Part shown: piece after piece, positions 37,475 to 48,662 of the stretch
Position numbering within the stretch: position 1 is the first letter of the stretch
Layout of the letters: every line of letters starts with the position of its first letter
Assembly: GCF_000143415.4 (NCBI RefSeq)
Contig: NW_003314281.1
Location: 118,417 to 182,416 of the forward strand
Direction of reading: 5' to 3'
From: Selaginella moellendorffii
Taxonomy: Eukaryota; Plantae; Lycopodiophyta
DNA: 64,000 bases
Translations under genes and position numbers: made by a program
The notes under the pieces: model-generated
The model's input: only the letters and a program-made list of their open reading frames with translations
Databases searched by the model: none
Told to the model about the DNA's origin: nothing

Positions 37475-38296
37475 TACCTGGATTGCCGGAAGGAATAGAT
37501 AGAGAGAAACACTCACAAAGAATGCGAAATGCCCTAGCACAATGGGAATTAACAAAAGTGCCGGCTTTGTTTGTCCGGGCCGAAAGTCTGATTCCAGTTG
37601 ACCGTCAACGATAGCATGGCATATTAGTCAAATGTTAGCATTTACTTTAAATTTTGATGAGGGCCAATGTTACTAGTGTGTGAAACAAGCAATGACCTGA
37701 GATTTGATTCCAACTTGGGTTGTTCGGTCTAGTTTGCGTTCTTTTTGAGTGCTCAACTACGCCGACAATTTTGTCATTCTACCTTTGTGACAAGTTGAAA
37801 ACTGCTGTGTCGCTTTGTTGAAAGGATCGTGTATGATACGGTTTCTGTAAGTGAAATTGCTACTGGTATGTATCCTATTGGGATAAATAACTTTGGGATG
37901 CAAGACTGATGTTTGTAAATATGCAAGTATGAGGATTGCTACTCATTTCTTCATAATTATTATTATTATTAGTTTACAAAGTTTCCTGAGAATTCAGCTT
38001 TGAATGTTCCACAACTGGTGGCTAGGCCGCGTTCAAGGGTACTATTTGTAATCACTTTATCACTCCACATCAAGAAAAAAAACCAGGGCTCGAGAAAATT
38101 TCGGATTTAAAACCACGTTTTATTCCCCAATCCTCAACATGTGAACAGATTGGGAGATTTCTGAAATATATACGTTTGAACTCTCAACACGGTGCATAGT
38201 TTTCTATGTAGGGGCTAATTTAAGGTGGACTTAACGAGGCCCCGCCCTGTGCGAGAGTGAGCGCTTGCTTTTATAGTTTTTGCTCAGCTCCCAGAG

Positions 38297-40546
38297 ATGG
38301 CGCCACACGAGAACGACAGCACCAACAATGGCTCCTCGCCTCCCTCCTCCACGCAGGCATTCAAGGTAGGAAAGAATCCCTTCCCAAAAGCTGGGAAAAA
38401 GTCCCGAGATCCCCCTTTTTTTCCCAGATTCTCACAGCTCCTCGTTTTCTGGATTGAATCTGTAGGAGTATGTCGAGGACAAAGGCCACGCTCGAACTGT
38501 GAAATCCGTGGACGATTGGCTGCCCGTTGGCAGTGGCTCCAGGAACGCCAAGTGGTGGTACTCGGCCTTCCATAATGTCACCGCCATGGTTGGAGCTGGA
38601 GTTCTTAGCCTCCCCTCGGCGATGGTCTATCTTGGCTGGTAAGTTCTTCGCAGCTCTTCTTCGTTTCAATCGCTAGCTTCAAATTCGCTTAGTTTCGATC
38701 CAAATTCTTGGTCAGTCAGTGTTTTCTCATTCGTGCTCTTGTCATGCCTGTGGAAACAAGAAAAAAAAACGTCGCGTGCTTTCTTCCTGGTCTAAAAGTC
38801 TTCTCCTCGCTGCCCGTGACTTCCTTGCCATGACAAGTAGTCAATTCTTTTTTAATGGATCTCCGTGTTGGCAAAGACTGTGACTCGTTACTTAACTCCG
38901 TTGTCCATCGCCCACCTTAGTCGTGTGTCACCCGCAATCCTCAAGAACTTTCACAGCCCCATGTTCTTGACAAATCGTTTTCCAACTTTTCCAAGCAACT
39001 TTAAAGATTTGTTTTTCGTTCCAGGGGACCAGGGGTCCTGGTTCTTGTACTCTCGTGGGTGATCACACTCTACACGCTGTGGCAAATGGTGGAAATGCAC
39101 GAAATGGTCCCGGGGAAGAGATTTGATCGCTACCACGAACTCGGGCAGGAGGCTTTCGGAGAGAAACTTGGACTGTGGATCGTCGTGCCCCAGCAGCTCA
39201 TCGTCGAAGTTGGAGTGGACATTGTCTATATGGTCACAGGAGGGACGTCTCTCATGAGATTCTACGAGCTCGTCCATTGCAAGCCCGATGACATCAGCTG
39301 CAAGCACATCAAGAGAACTTACTGGATCCTCGTCTTTGCCTCAGTTCACTTCTTCTTGTCCCAGCTCCCAAACTTCAACTCCATCACCGGAGTCTCCTTG
39401 GCAGCAGCCGTCATGTCTCTCAGGTAAGAAGAAGCACCAAAAATTTTTACGCAACTTTGCCAACTTTTTATCTCTTTTCCGCAGTTACTCGACGATTGCA
39501 TGGGTTGCTCCAGTGCATTACGGCCAAGAAGCAAAGCCACCAATGACCAAAGTGAGCTACGCTTATCCTCACTCTCCATCAGTGGCGAACACTGTGTTTA
39601 GAGTTTTCAATGCTCTCGGACAAGTGGCGTTTGCCTACGCCGGTCACAACGTTGTTCTTGAGATCCAGGCGACGATCCCTTCCTCGCCGCAAAAGCCATC
39701 CAAAGTTCCAATGTGGAGGGGAGTGGTCGTGGCGTATATTGTCGTGGCTATGTGTTACTTCCCGGTTTCCTTGGTTGGATACTGGGCTTTTGGAAATGAT
39801 ACCAGCTATGACAATGTTCTCCAGCGTCTCGGGAGACCCGAGTGGCTCATCGCGGCTGCCAATCTCATGGTTGTGGTTCACGTTATTGGAAGCTACCAGG
39901 TAAGCTGAGTTCTCCCTTCTCGAGTTGTTTCAAGTAAGCTCTTTGATTGATCGAGGTTTTGTTTCGTTTCCTTAAACAGATCTATGCGATGCCAGTGTTT
40001 GATATGCTGGAAACCGTTCTGGTCAAGAAGTTTCACTTCCCTCCAGGTGTGATTCTTCGTCTCGTCGCTCGATCACTCTATGTTGGTAAGTTTTGGAGAT
40101 TTTTTATTCATCCAGATCATTCAACACTGGAACTTTGTCTTGGCAGCTTTCACTGCCTTTATTGGGATAACTTTTCCTTTTTTTGGAGACTTGCTGGGCT
40201 TTTTCGGAGGTTTTGCGTTTGCTCCCACGACTTACTTTGTAAGTTCCTCTAATTTTTTTTGTTTTGGTTGATTTCTTTGGCTTAACCTTCTTTGCATTAA
40301 TCCACAGCTCCCGTGTATTATGTGGCTGGCTGTTTACAAACCCAGAGTTTTCAGTCTTTCGTGGATGGCAAACTGGGTACGCAAACCTTTCTGTCCAGAA
40401 AAAAAAAAACTATTGCTTTAATTTTTATATTTTCTCGTGGATTGCAGATTTGTATTGTCTTGGGAGTGCTGCTAATGATTGTAGCTACTATTGGAGGCTT
40501 CAGAAATATCATCATGGATGCATCAACATACAAGTTTTATCAGTAG
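38297..40546 (+). CDS. LHT: Lysine-histidine transporter (canonical LHT1-like), multi-exon
   Basis: VDDWLPV...[25 protein letters not shown]; [19 protein letters not shown]; QLPNFNSI; [19 protein letters not shown]; ends YKFYQ. Confidence 0.95.
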
Positions 40547-40772
40547 CTGCAAAAGGTATACAGAAGAAACAAGTATTGCTTCAAATGTATATGGGTTCCA
40601 TACCTATTAAATCGATTTCCAGAAAATATATAAAAAAGATATTTCCATTTGGCCATATTTGGCAGGTTAGCATGCATGCTGGAACTTTAAGTTCAACACC
40701 TAGAGACCAGCAATTCTTTGCCTGGATTTGGACATACTAATTTTTGTTCGTTCTTTAGAGATTTTTTTCGCA

Positions 40773-42606
40773 ATGGAAGCTCAGAAGACGAAGAAAATGA
40801 AACTAGGAGGAGAGGAGGAGGAGCGAAAATCTTCCCACAAAGCATCAAAATCCTTTCAATATCTTTTTTTGGAATCTAAAATTCCCCTTCTTGCAGGAAT
40901 CTTCTATCAATGTGGACGAATGGCTGCCAGTGACGAGCTCGAGGAACGCCAAATGGTGGTACTCCGCGTTTCACAACGTAACCGCGATGGTAGGATCGGG
41001 CGTGCTGGCGTTACCCTCGGCTATGGTTTATCTGGGATGGTAACGTTCGAATGTTATAACGTCTACATTTTTTAGGGTTCTTCGTTTTTCCAGGGGGCCT
41101 GGGATCTTCGTGCTCCTCCTCTCCTGGACCGTCACGCTCTACACGCTATGGCAAATGGTGGAGATGCACGAGATGGTGGAGGGCAAGCGCTTCGATCGCT
41201 ACCACGAGCTCGCGCAGGAGGCGTTTGGCGAGCGCCTAGGGCTGTGGATCGTGGTGCCGCAGCAGCTCATCGTCGAGGTCGGCGTCGACATCGTCTACAT
41301 GGTCACCGGCGGGAAATCGCTCAAGCGATTCTACGAGCTGGTGAGCTGCGCGCCCGACGCGACCGGATGCAAGCACATCCGGCAGTCGTATTGGATCCTG
41401 GTGTTCGCGTCGATCCACTTCGTGCTGGCGCAGCTCCCCAATTTCAACTCCATCTCGGGGATTTCGCTCTCCGCGGCGGTCATGTCTCTCAGGTGAGCAA
41501 GATTTCGATCGTGTTGAGCCAGATTTCGATCGCGTCGATCGTTCTTGGAAGAGCTCTTGAAATATTTCGTGGAATTTGTGCTAAGTTCTTCTTCCTTCCA
41601 TTGGCAGCTATTCCACGATCGCCTGGACGACCGCGATCCCCAATGCCGGGGGGCCGGATGTGAGCTACAGCTATCCTCACTCCCCATCGGCAGCCAACAC
41701 GGTGTTCAAGGTTTTCAATGCGCTGGGAGAGATCGCGTTCGCCTATGCCGGGCACAACGTTGTTCTTGAGATCCAGGCAACCATTCCATCCTCGCCGAGC
41801 AAGCCGTCCAAGGGCCCGATGTGGAAGGGAGTGGTGGTGGCGTACATGGTCGTGGCGATTTGCTACTTCCCGGTGGCTCTCATCGGCTACTGGGCATTTG
41901 GGAACGATACTTCTTACGACAACATTCTCCAACACATCGGTACTCCACACTGGCTCATCGCTGCTGCCAATCTCATGCTCGTTGTTCATGTCATTGGCAG
42001 CTACCAGGTTTGCTATGCATTTTTTTTCTTTTCTTGTTGTTCTTCTAGTGTTGATTTGTTGATCTTTTATGTGGCAGATTTACGCAATGCCTGTGTTTGA
42101 CATGCTCGAGACGCTTCTTGTCAAGAAGCTCCACTTGCCTCCTGGCGTTTGCCTCCGTCTCATCGCCAGAACAGTATACGTTGGTAAGCTTTTCTTTTTG
42201 AGCTTCCGAGTTTCCGACTCAGGCCAGGCTTTGCTTTCACAGCATTTACAGCGTTTGTAGCGATCACAATCCCGTTCTTCGGAAATCTTCTCGGTTTCTT
42301 TGGAGGATTTGCACTAGCGCCCACAACTTATTTCGTAAGTCTTTTGGCTTTTGTGTTTCTCTTTCGTTCAATGCTTTCCGTTCCAGCTACCGTGTATAAT
42401 ATGGCTGGCAGTGCACAAACCCAAGCGATTCAGCCTTTCGTGGCTCGCAAACTGGGTAAGATACTCTCGAGCTTTTCTTGGTCGCTCTCTAACACTTAAT
42501 GCTCTAGATATCGATCGTGCTGGGCGTGCTGCTAATGATAGCAGCCACAATCGGGGGATTCCGGAACTTGGTAATGGATGCGTCGACTTACAAGTTCTAT
42601 CAGTGA
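40773..42606 (+). CDS. LHT: Lysine-histidine transporter (canonical LHT1-like), tandem paralog; the first splice donor is non-canonical
   Basis: [32 protein letters not shown]; [11 protein letters not shown]; same exons and YKFYQ end as the preceding gene. Confidence 0.9.
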
Positions 42607-43403
42607 TTTAGAAGTGAGTGATCCTCTCAAAATAATTTGCTACTTACTAGCGGAAGAGAAAAGATATCACATCGATCTCATCCTTCTCTCGCTACTTGTA
42701 ATCTGTTTGTGCAAATCCAGGCAGTGTCAAACAATTGAGAGTGAGACAAATAGCATCTCCAAGGATTCTCGTGGCATAATCACCGGTCGCATTGAAAGCT
42801 CTGGTACGAAACAATTACTTGTTTGGTTGCTGTTGCCTTCATCCTGTCTCTCTTTTCTTCTTTCCTCGTTGTGTGGACACATTGATTAGCATAAGACTAA
42901 GAGAGGTGACCGGCACTAGCCAGTGCCCGAGGGGCCGCACCGGCTGAGCCGGCTGGCGCCAAAAGCTTCCTTTCAGAGGTCAAAACCTCGAATATACTAT
43001 AGATTCGCTGTCTCTGAAAAATAGATGTTTTTTTAATGCGTCCCATTTAATGCCATTTATGGGAGTCCAGGTCACATCCACAGTCTGACGTGGAAGACAC
43101 GTGGAGAAAAAGGAGTACGGTAACTCTCGTTTAATGATGAAAGGAGGCCGTATGTCACAGTCAGTTAGGGCTCGCGGCGGAATGTGCGACGAATCTACCG
43201 ATTTCCCTGGCGGAGCCTTGACGTCCCTGGCATATTCCGCCAGCGGAAGAAGCTCTGGCTATGGCGGTCTATGGCGCTCACGGGACTTGGTGACGGCGAT
43301 TGAAATCCCGTTGTGAGCTTTCACGTGTGAGCGGCGGCGGGTATGGCGTGCGCGGTATGAAGAATCTTTGCAATGCAGCTCGCGAGCTTCTAGGATTCCA
43401 AGA

Positions 43404-46252
43404 ATGAGCGCCAGGATCCATGGCCGGCGCGCCGGAGCTCCAGGGAAGATCGATTCCGTGCTCTTCCTTGCAATCTTGGCGCTGATCTTGGCCTCGCTGC
43501 CGCGGCATTCGACGGGGGAAGGGGATGAGACGGTGTCGTGGAACGACGATGTTCTTGGGCTGCTGGTCTTCAAGGCGGGGCTCCAAGATCCTCGCGGATC
43601 CCTGGCTTCTTGGAGCGAGGCGGATTCATCGCCATGCAATTGGACGGGAATCCGGTGTGGCAGCGCCAGCGGCAGGGTCGAATCGGTCTCGCTCGATGGC
43701 CTGGCACTGTCGGGCACGATTGGGAGAGGCCTCCTCAAGCTCGAGCGCCTCAAGACTCTCTCGCTCTCTGCCAACAATCTCTCGGGCAATGTGGTTCCGG
43801 AGCTCTTCCGGATGCTGGATTTCGTGGATTTGAAGAAGAATCGGCTGTCCGGGGAGCTGCCATCGCCCATGGGGGCTTCGATACGTTACGTGGATCTCTC
43901 AGACAACGCTTTCACTGGCGCTCTAGCCAGGGATTTCTTTGGGGGCGGCCATCTCCTCAGGTACCTTAGCCTTAGCAAGAACAGGTTAACGGGGCAGCTC
44001 TCTCCATCTCTGGCCGCAAACCAAACCGGGCTCGTCACTCTTCGCATTGCCGAGAATGGTTTCTCCGGCGATCTTCCGGATTGGATCGGCAAGAGCTTGC
44101 GAGCTTTGCAGGAGCTGGACTTCTCGTGGAACGGGTTCCAAGGCTCAATCCCACCGTCTCTCGCGACGCTTTCATCCCTGCGCTCGCTCAACTTGGCTGG
44201 AAACAATCTCACGGGGGTGGTTCCTCAGAGCTTGCTCCAGCTCCTTCGGCTCTCGAGCTTGGATCTCAGCAGCAACCATTTGGGTGGAAAGATTCCCTTT
44301 GGGCTTTTCTCGTCGAGCTTGCAGTTCCTCAATCTCTCCAGAAACGAGTTCCTGGGCGATTTTCCAATCTGGCCACCTTGTCATGCGCTTCAAGTGGTGG
44401 ATATCTCCGGAAACAGGATTTTCGGGGAAGTGCCGTCGAGAATCGCCCAGTGTAGCAGCTTGCAGCACTTAAATGTGGGATGGAACGTCCTCTCTGGTGG
44501 GATTCCTGGACAGATCAGCCAGCTCCAGAGGCTTATGTTCTTGGACTTGAGCCACAACCAGCTCCAGGGAGGAATACCGTCCACTTTCACCAACATGAGC
44601 TCTCTCACTGTTCTAAAGCTGGCGAAGAACTTGCTGGTGGGAAACATTCCCAAGGCCATTTCCAAGTGCGAGCGTCTCGTAGAGCTGTAAGTGTTTTGCA
44701 GCTGCATTGTTTCTAGTTTTCTGATGAGTTTTGCGTTCGTTCTTTTTTCAGGGACTTGTCCTCGAATCGTTTGTCTGGAAGCATACCCGGGGCGCTCTCG
44801 AGGCTGAATTTTCTACAGTCTCTGGACCTCGCGTGGAACAACTTAACGGGTCCGATACCGAAGGAACTTGTGAAGCTGGAGAGTCTCTCTAGCCTCGACG
44901 TGTCGCACAATCATCTCGACGGTCCAATTCCGAAAGGTGGAGTTTTTAACTTGGTAAATCGGACAGCTTTCCAGGGGAATTCAGGCCTATGTGGAGCTGC
45001 TCTCGACGTAGCATGCTCGACGGTTCCTAAACCGATAGTGCTGAATCCGAATGCAAGCAGCGACACAGCAGGGATACTTCAGTCCGGAGGACACAGGGGA
45101 AAGAACAAGATCGTACTCAGTGTGTCGGCGATCATAGCTATCTCCGCAGCAGCAGTGATCGCTCTGGGAATCGTGGTCGTCTCTGTCCTCAACATCCGTG
45201 CTCAGCAAGCTGCGCCGGCTGCTGCTCTCAAAAACAACTTTTTCATGGCGGATCACAACAGCTCTCCGAGTTCCTCCAGTGAGGATCTGGCCATTGGAAA
45301 GCTGGTCATGTTTACCGACGGAAATGACACAAAGTCCGAGGAGCTTCTTCCGAGCGCTCACTCGCTGCTTAACAAGGAGCAGGAGATTGGCCGTGGAGGA
45401 TTTGGAGTTGTTTACCGGGCTGCTATATCGGATGGACGAACGTTTGCAGTAAAGAAGCTGGTGACTGCCGGATTGGTGAAGTCTCAGCTCGAGTTTGAGA
45501 AAGAAGTCCAGCAGCTGGGGAAGATCGAGCACCCAAACCTGGTCGCTCTTCAAGGCTACTACTGGACGTCGAGGATGCAGCTCCTTATTTATGACTTCGT
45601 TCCAAACGGGAGCTTGTACAGCAGGCTTCACGAACGAACATTTGGCGAGCCTCCACTGAGCTGGTCTGAGAGGTTTAAGATCGCACAGGGAACAGCAATG
45701 GGACTCTCGCATCTCCATCACTCCTGCCAGCCGCAGGTGATACACTACGATCTCAAGTCGAACAACATTCTTCTGGGTGTGGACAACAGGCCACTCATCT
45801 CGGACTACGGACTCGCAAATCTTCTCCCTGTACTGGACCGCTACGCCATCAGCAGCAAGTTCCAAGGAGCTCTCGGCTACATGGCTCCCGAGTTTGCGTC
45901 CCAGAGCTCCAAAGTGACCGAGAAGTGCGACGTCTATGGCTTTGGGATCATACTCTTGGAGCTAGTGACTGGAAGAAGGCCTGTCGAGTACATGGAAGAA
46001 GACGTTGTCATACTCTGCGACTACGTCCGGGCTTTGCTCAACGAAGGCCGGGGGATGAGCTGCGTGGAGCCGAGCCTGGAGGCTTCTCCGGAGGACGAAG
46101 TTTTGCCGGTCATCAAGCTGGGATTGATTTGCTCGTCGCCGCTCCCTTCGAACAGGCCGAGCATGGCGGAAGTCGTCCAGATTCTCGAGCTCGTAAGGCC
46201 TCTGCCCGGCATCGACAATAGCAACTCCATCTCCAGGAGCTCTTCTTCGTGA
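43404..46252 (+). CDS. LRR receptor-like kinase, subfamily VII (IRK/PXC2-like), 2 exons (intron 44687-44751)
   Basis: Signal peptide, NDDVLGLLVFK LRRNT, LRRs, PKPIVLNPN, KIVLSVSAIIAISAA transmembrane segment, GKLVMF, EIGRGGFGVVY, HYDLKSNN, SSKFQGALGYMAPEF. Confidence 0.93.
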
Positions 46253-46624
46253 TCTGATGATCTTCTTGCAGGTTGGTTTCTCGTTCTAATTTTTCGTTCT
46301 TTTCATCAATGTCTAGCTCTAGCATGCAGCGTTTGCAAGGAAGAAAGAGAACAAGCTTTACGGGACTCTCGGAGAAAGAAAAGAGTGAGAACCGGGAGTC
46401 CTGATGCTTGTTCTTTTTTAAATTCGAAAATTATTCGGTGGAATATTCAGGGCTCTAGGGCTCTTGAGTTTCAAAGGCGGTTTTGCGCCAAAGGGCGGGA
46501 GTGAGCGGACGGTCGGATGCGCAAGTGTGAGATCCGACGGTGCGCGATCGAGTAAGAGAATGTAGCGTGTCATTCTTTCGTCACATTCTACCAGGGTTTC
46601 ACTCTCTTGTGAGGAGCTGTAGCT

Positions 46625-48632
46625 ATGGCGCCAAAGAAGAAGGATGCCGGTAAGGGCAAAGGGAAGGATGCGGCAGCGGCGGCTGTGGATGCTGGGCCGA
46701 GCATACAGGAGCTTCAAGCTCAGATCGATGGGATCACTGCCGAGAGAGACAAGGAGGCCAAGCAGAGAAATCGCTCGCAGATTGAGAGGGTAAGCTCGTG
46801 ATTCTGGTTAGGATTCGTAGTAGCGCTCCGTGGATTTCTCGAGTAATATTGGCCGAGCAGGACAAGCTAAATTGTTTCATGGAAATCAAAAAGAAAGAAA
46901 GGGAGCATGCGGAGGCGGAACTGCGGATCAAGGATAGACAAATGGAGGAGATTGCTGAGAAGCATCAAACTGACCTCAAGGCAATCCATTGTTTTTTTTC
47001 GTACAGTATTGATCTCTATGCTCATAGTTTTTTTTTCTCTACAGGTTTTCAGCCAGAAGATGAAGCATCTTCTATATGAGCAACAAGTTCTCGTGAGTAC
47101 TGTCAAGGGGGATAACGAGCTTGCTTTGAAGCTACAGCGAGAAGAAGCAGCCACTCGAGAAAGCCAGCTCTTGTAAGTTCTCCATTTCTGTTTTTCTTCT
47201 TTTCGTTTCAAACTAACGACTTACCGTAAGATCTGGAGCTGACGGGCTTGTCTCATGACAGCTCTGGGAAATATCTGCAGGGACGAACAGCGTGACTTGA
47301 AAGATAAGATCAGGGAGGTTGAGCTGAGTTACGAAGAACAACTGAAGCAAATGAAACAGGTGGGAGTTTTTTGCTGGCACTGTCGTCTTGTTTACAACTT
47401 GGGCAACTTGTTCTGGTAGGATCACGCAAAGGAGATTACCAAAATGAGGCGAGAGTTTGATATAAATGCCAAGGATTTGCTGCTTAAAACGGAGAAAAAG
47501 GTGCGTCTGTTTTCTTTGGCTTCCTATATTTCATAGCGTTTTACCTTTGCCAGATGAGACAAGTGCAAGCCGAAAACGATCTTCGCAGAAAACAAGAGAT
47601 TCATGAAATTGAAGAGCGTAAAAACTTGCATATTTCAGAGCTTATAAAAAAGCACGAAAAAGCTTTCTCTGAAATCAAATGCTACTACAATGATATCACT
47701 CAGAACAACCTTGACCTCATTAAGACGCTGAAGGTACCTTTTGTTTGAGCGCGTGAGTGCCGTCTTTCTAAGCTGCGCCTTTAAAACAGGAAGATATCAA
47801 CGACATGAAGAGAAAAGAACAAGCAAATGAAAAGCTTATGTACGAGATCTCGCAAGAAAACAAGAGGCTGACAGAACCTTTGACACGGTCTCTGAAAGAA
47901 GTTGAAAGCCTGAGAAAACAGCTGGACAGCCACGAAAAGGTAATTAGGATACTGGTTTCCTCTCGAAAATATAAACGTCATATGCAGGATCGACAATCAC
48001 TACTGCAACTACGAGGCCAACATTCAGATGTTCTGAAGCACACAAGCCAGCTCGAGTGGGAATATAGGATAGTTTTGGATAAACTTGAAAAAGTAAGCTG
48101 CTTGTTGTTTTGCTTATGCTCAACATCCTTGCTTACTTCATGAAACAGGTCCAAGCTGATCGGGACGATCTGTACGCAAGATTTGAAGCTTGTGTCTTTG
48201 ATGTCCAACAAAAGTGCGGTGTAAAAAGCACCCTCCTTCAGAGACAAGTCCAGGTGCTTGGGGAACAGCTCGAAAAGAAGGTACACTTTTGTGCCTAGAG
48301 ACTGTAGAGAAAAAGTAAGAAAGTCCTACAGGAAGCACAACTTGGAGAGGCATTGGGGAATGGCAAAATGGATCCTGCTACAGTGCATCTTGTGAAGTAT
48401 GGCATTGACAAGATGTTGGAAGCAAAGAATCAACAGATCAAGACTTTGTATTACGAGTTGGGACGGGTAACGAAGGTATGTATCAAACCTCTAAATGTTT
48501 TCAAACTGATATTCTCTGATTTTTCAGGCATATACTACTATCATGAGAAATTTCGAAGCGAAGCTCGCAGAGTATGGTATCCCGTTGCCAGAGATGGGTT
48601 TGCCTCACTACATTAGCAAGATAAGACTATGA
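46625..48632 (+). CDS. DRC4: Dynein regulatory complex subunit 4 (GAS8/trypanin), flagellar, multi-exon
   Basis: MAPKKK..., KMKHLLYEQQ, LRRKQEIHEIEERKNLHISELIKKHEKAFSEIKCYYNDITQNNLDLIKTLK; the last exon (48528-48632) ends FEAKLAEYGIP...RL*. Confidence 0.92.
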
Positions 48633-48662
48633 CGATCAACAAAGTGGTGATTCTCATCTGGG

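Noticed and set aside
42905-43250. Short hairpins (ggcact/agtgcc, ccggct/agccgg, ctggcgga/tccgccag) as tRNA, miRNA or Helitron end
   Set aside because: Stems are only 6-8 bp; there is no cloverleaf, no A/B boxes and no properly placed CTRR terminus.
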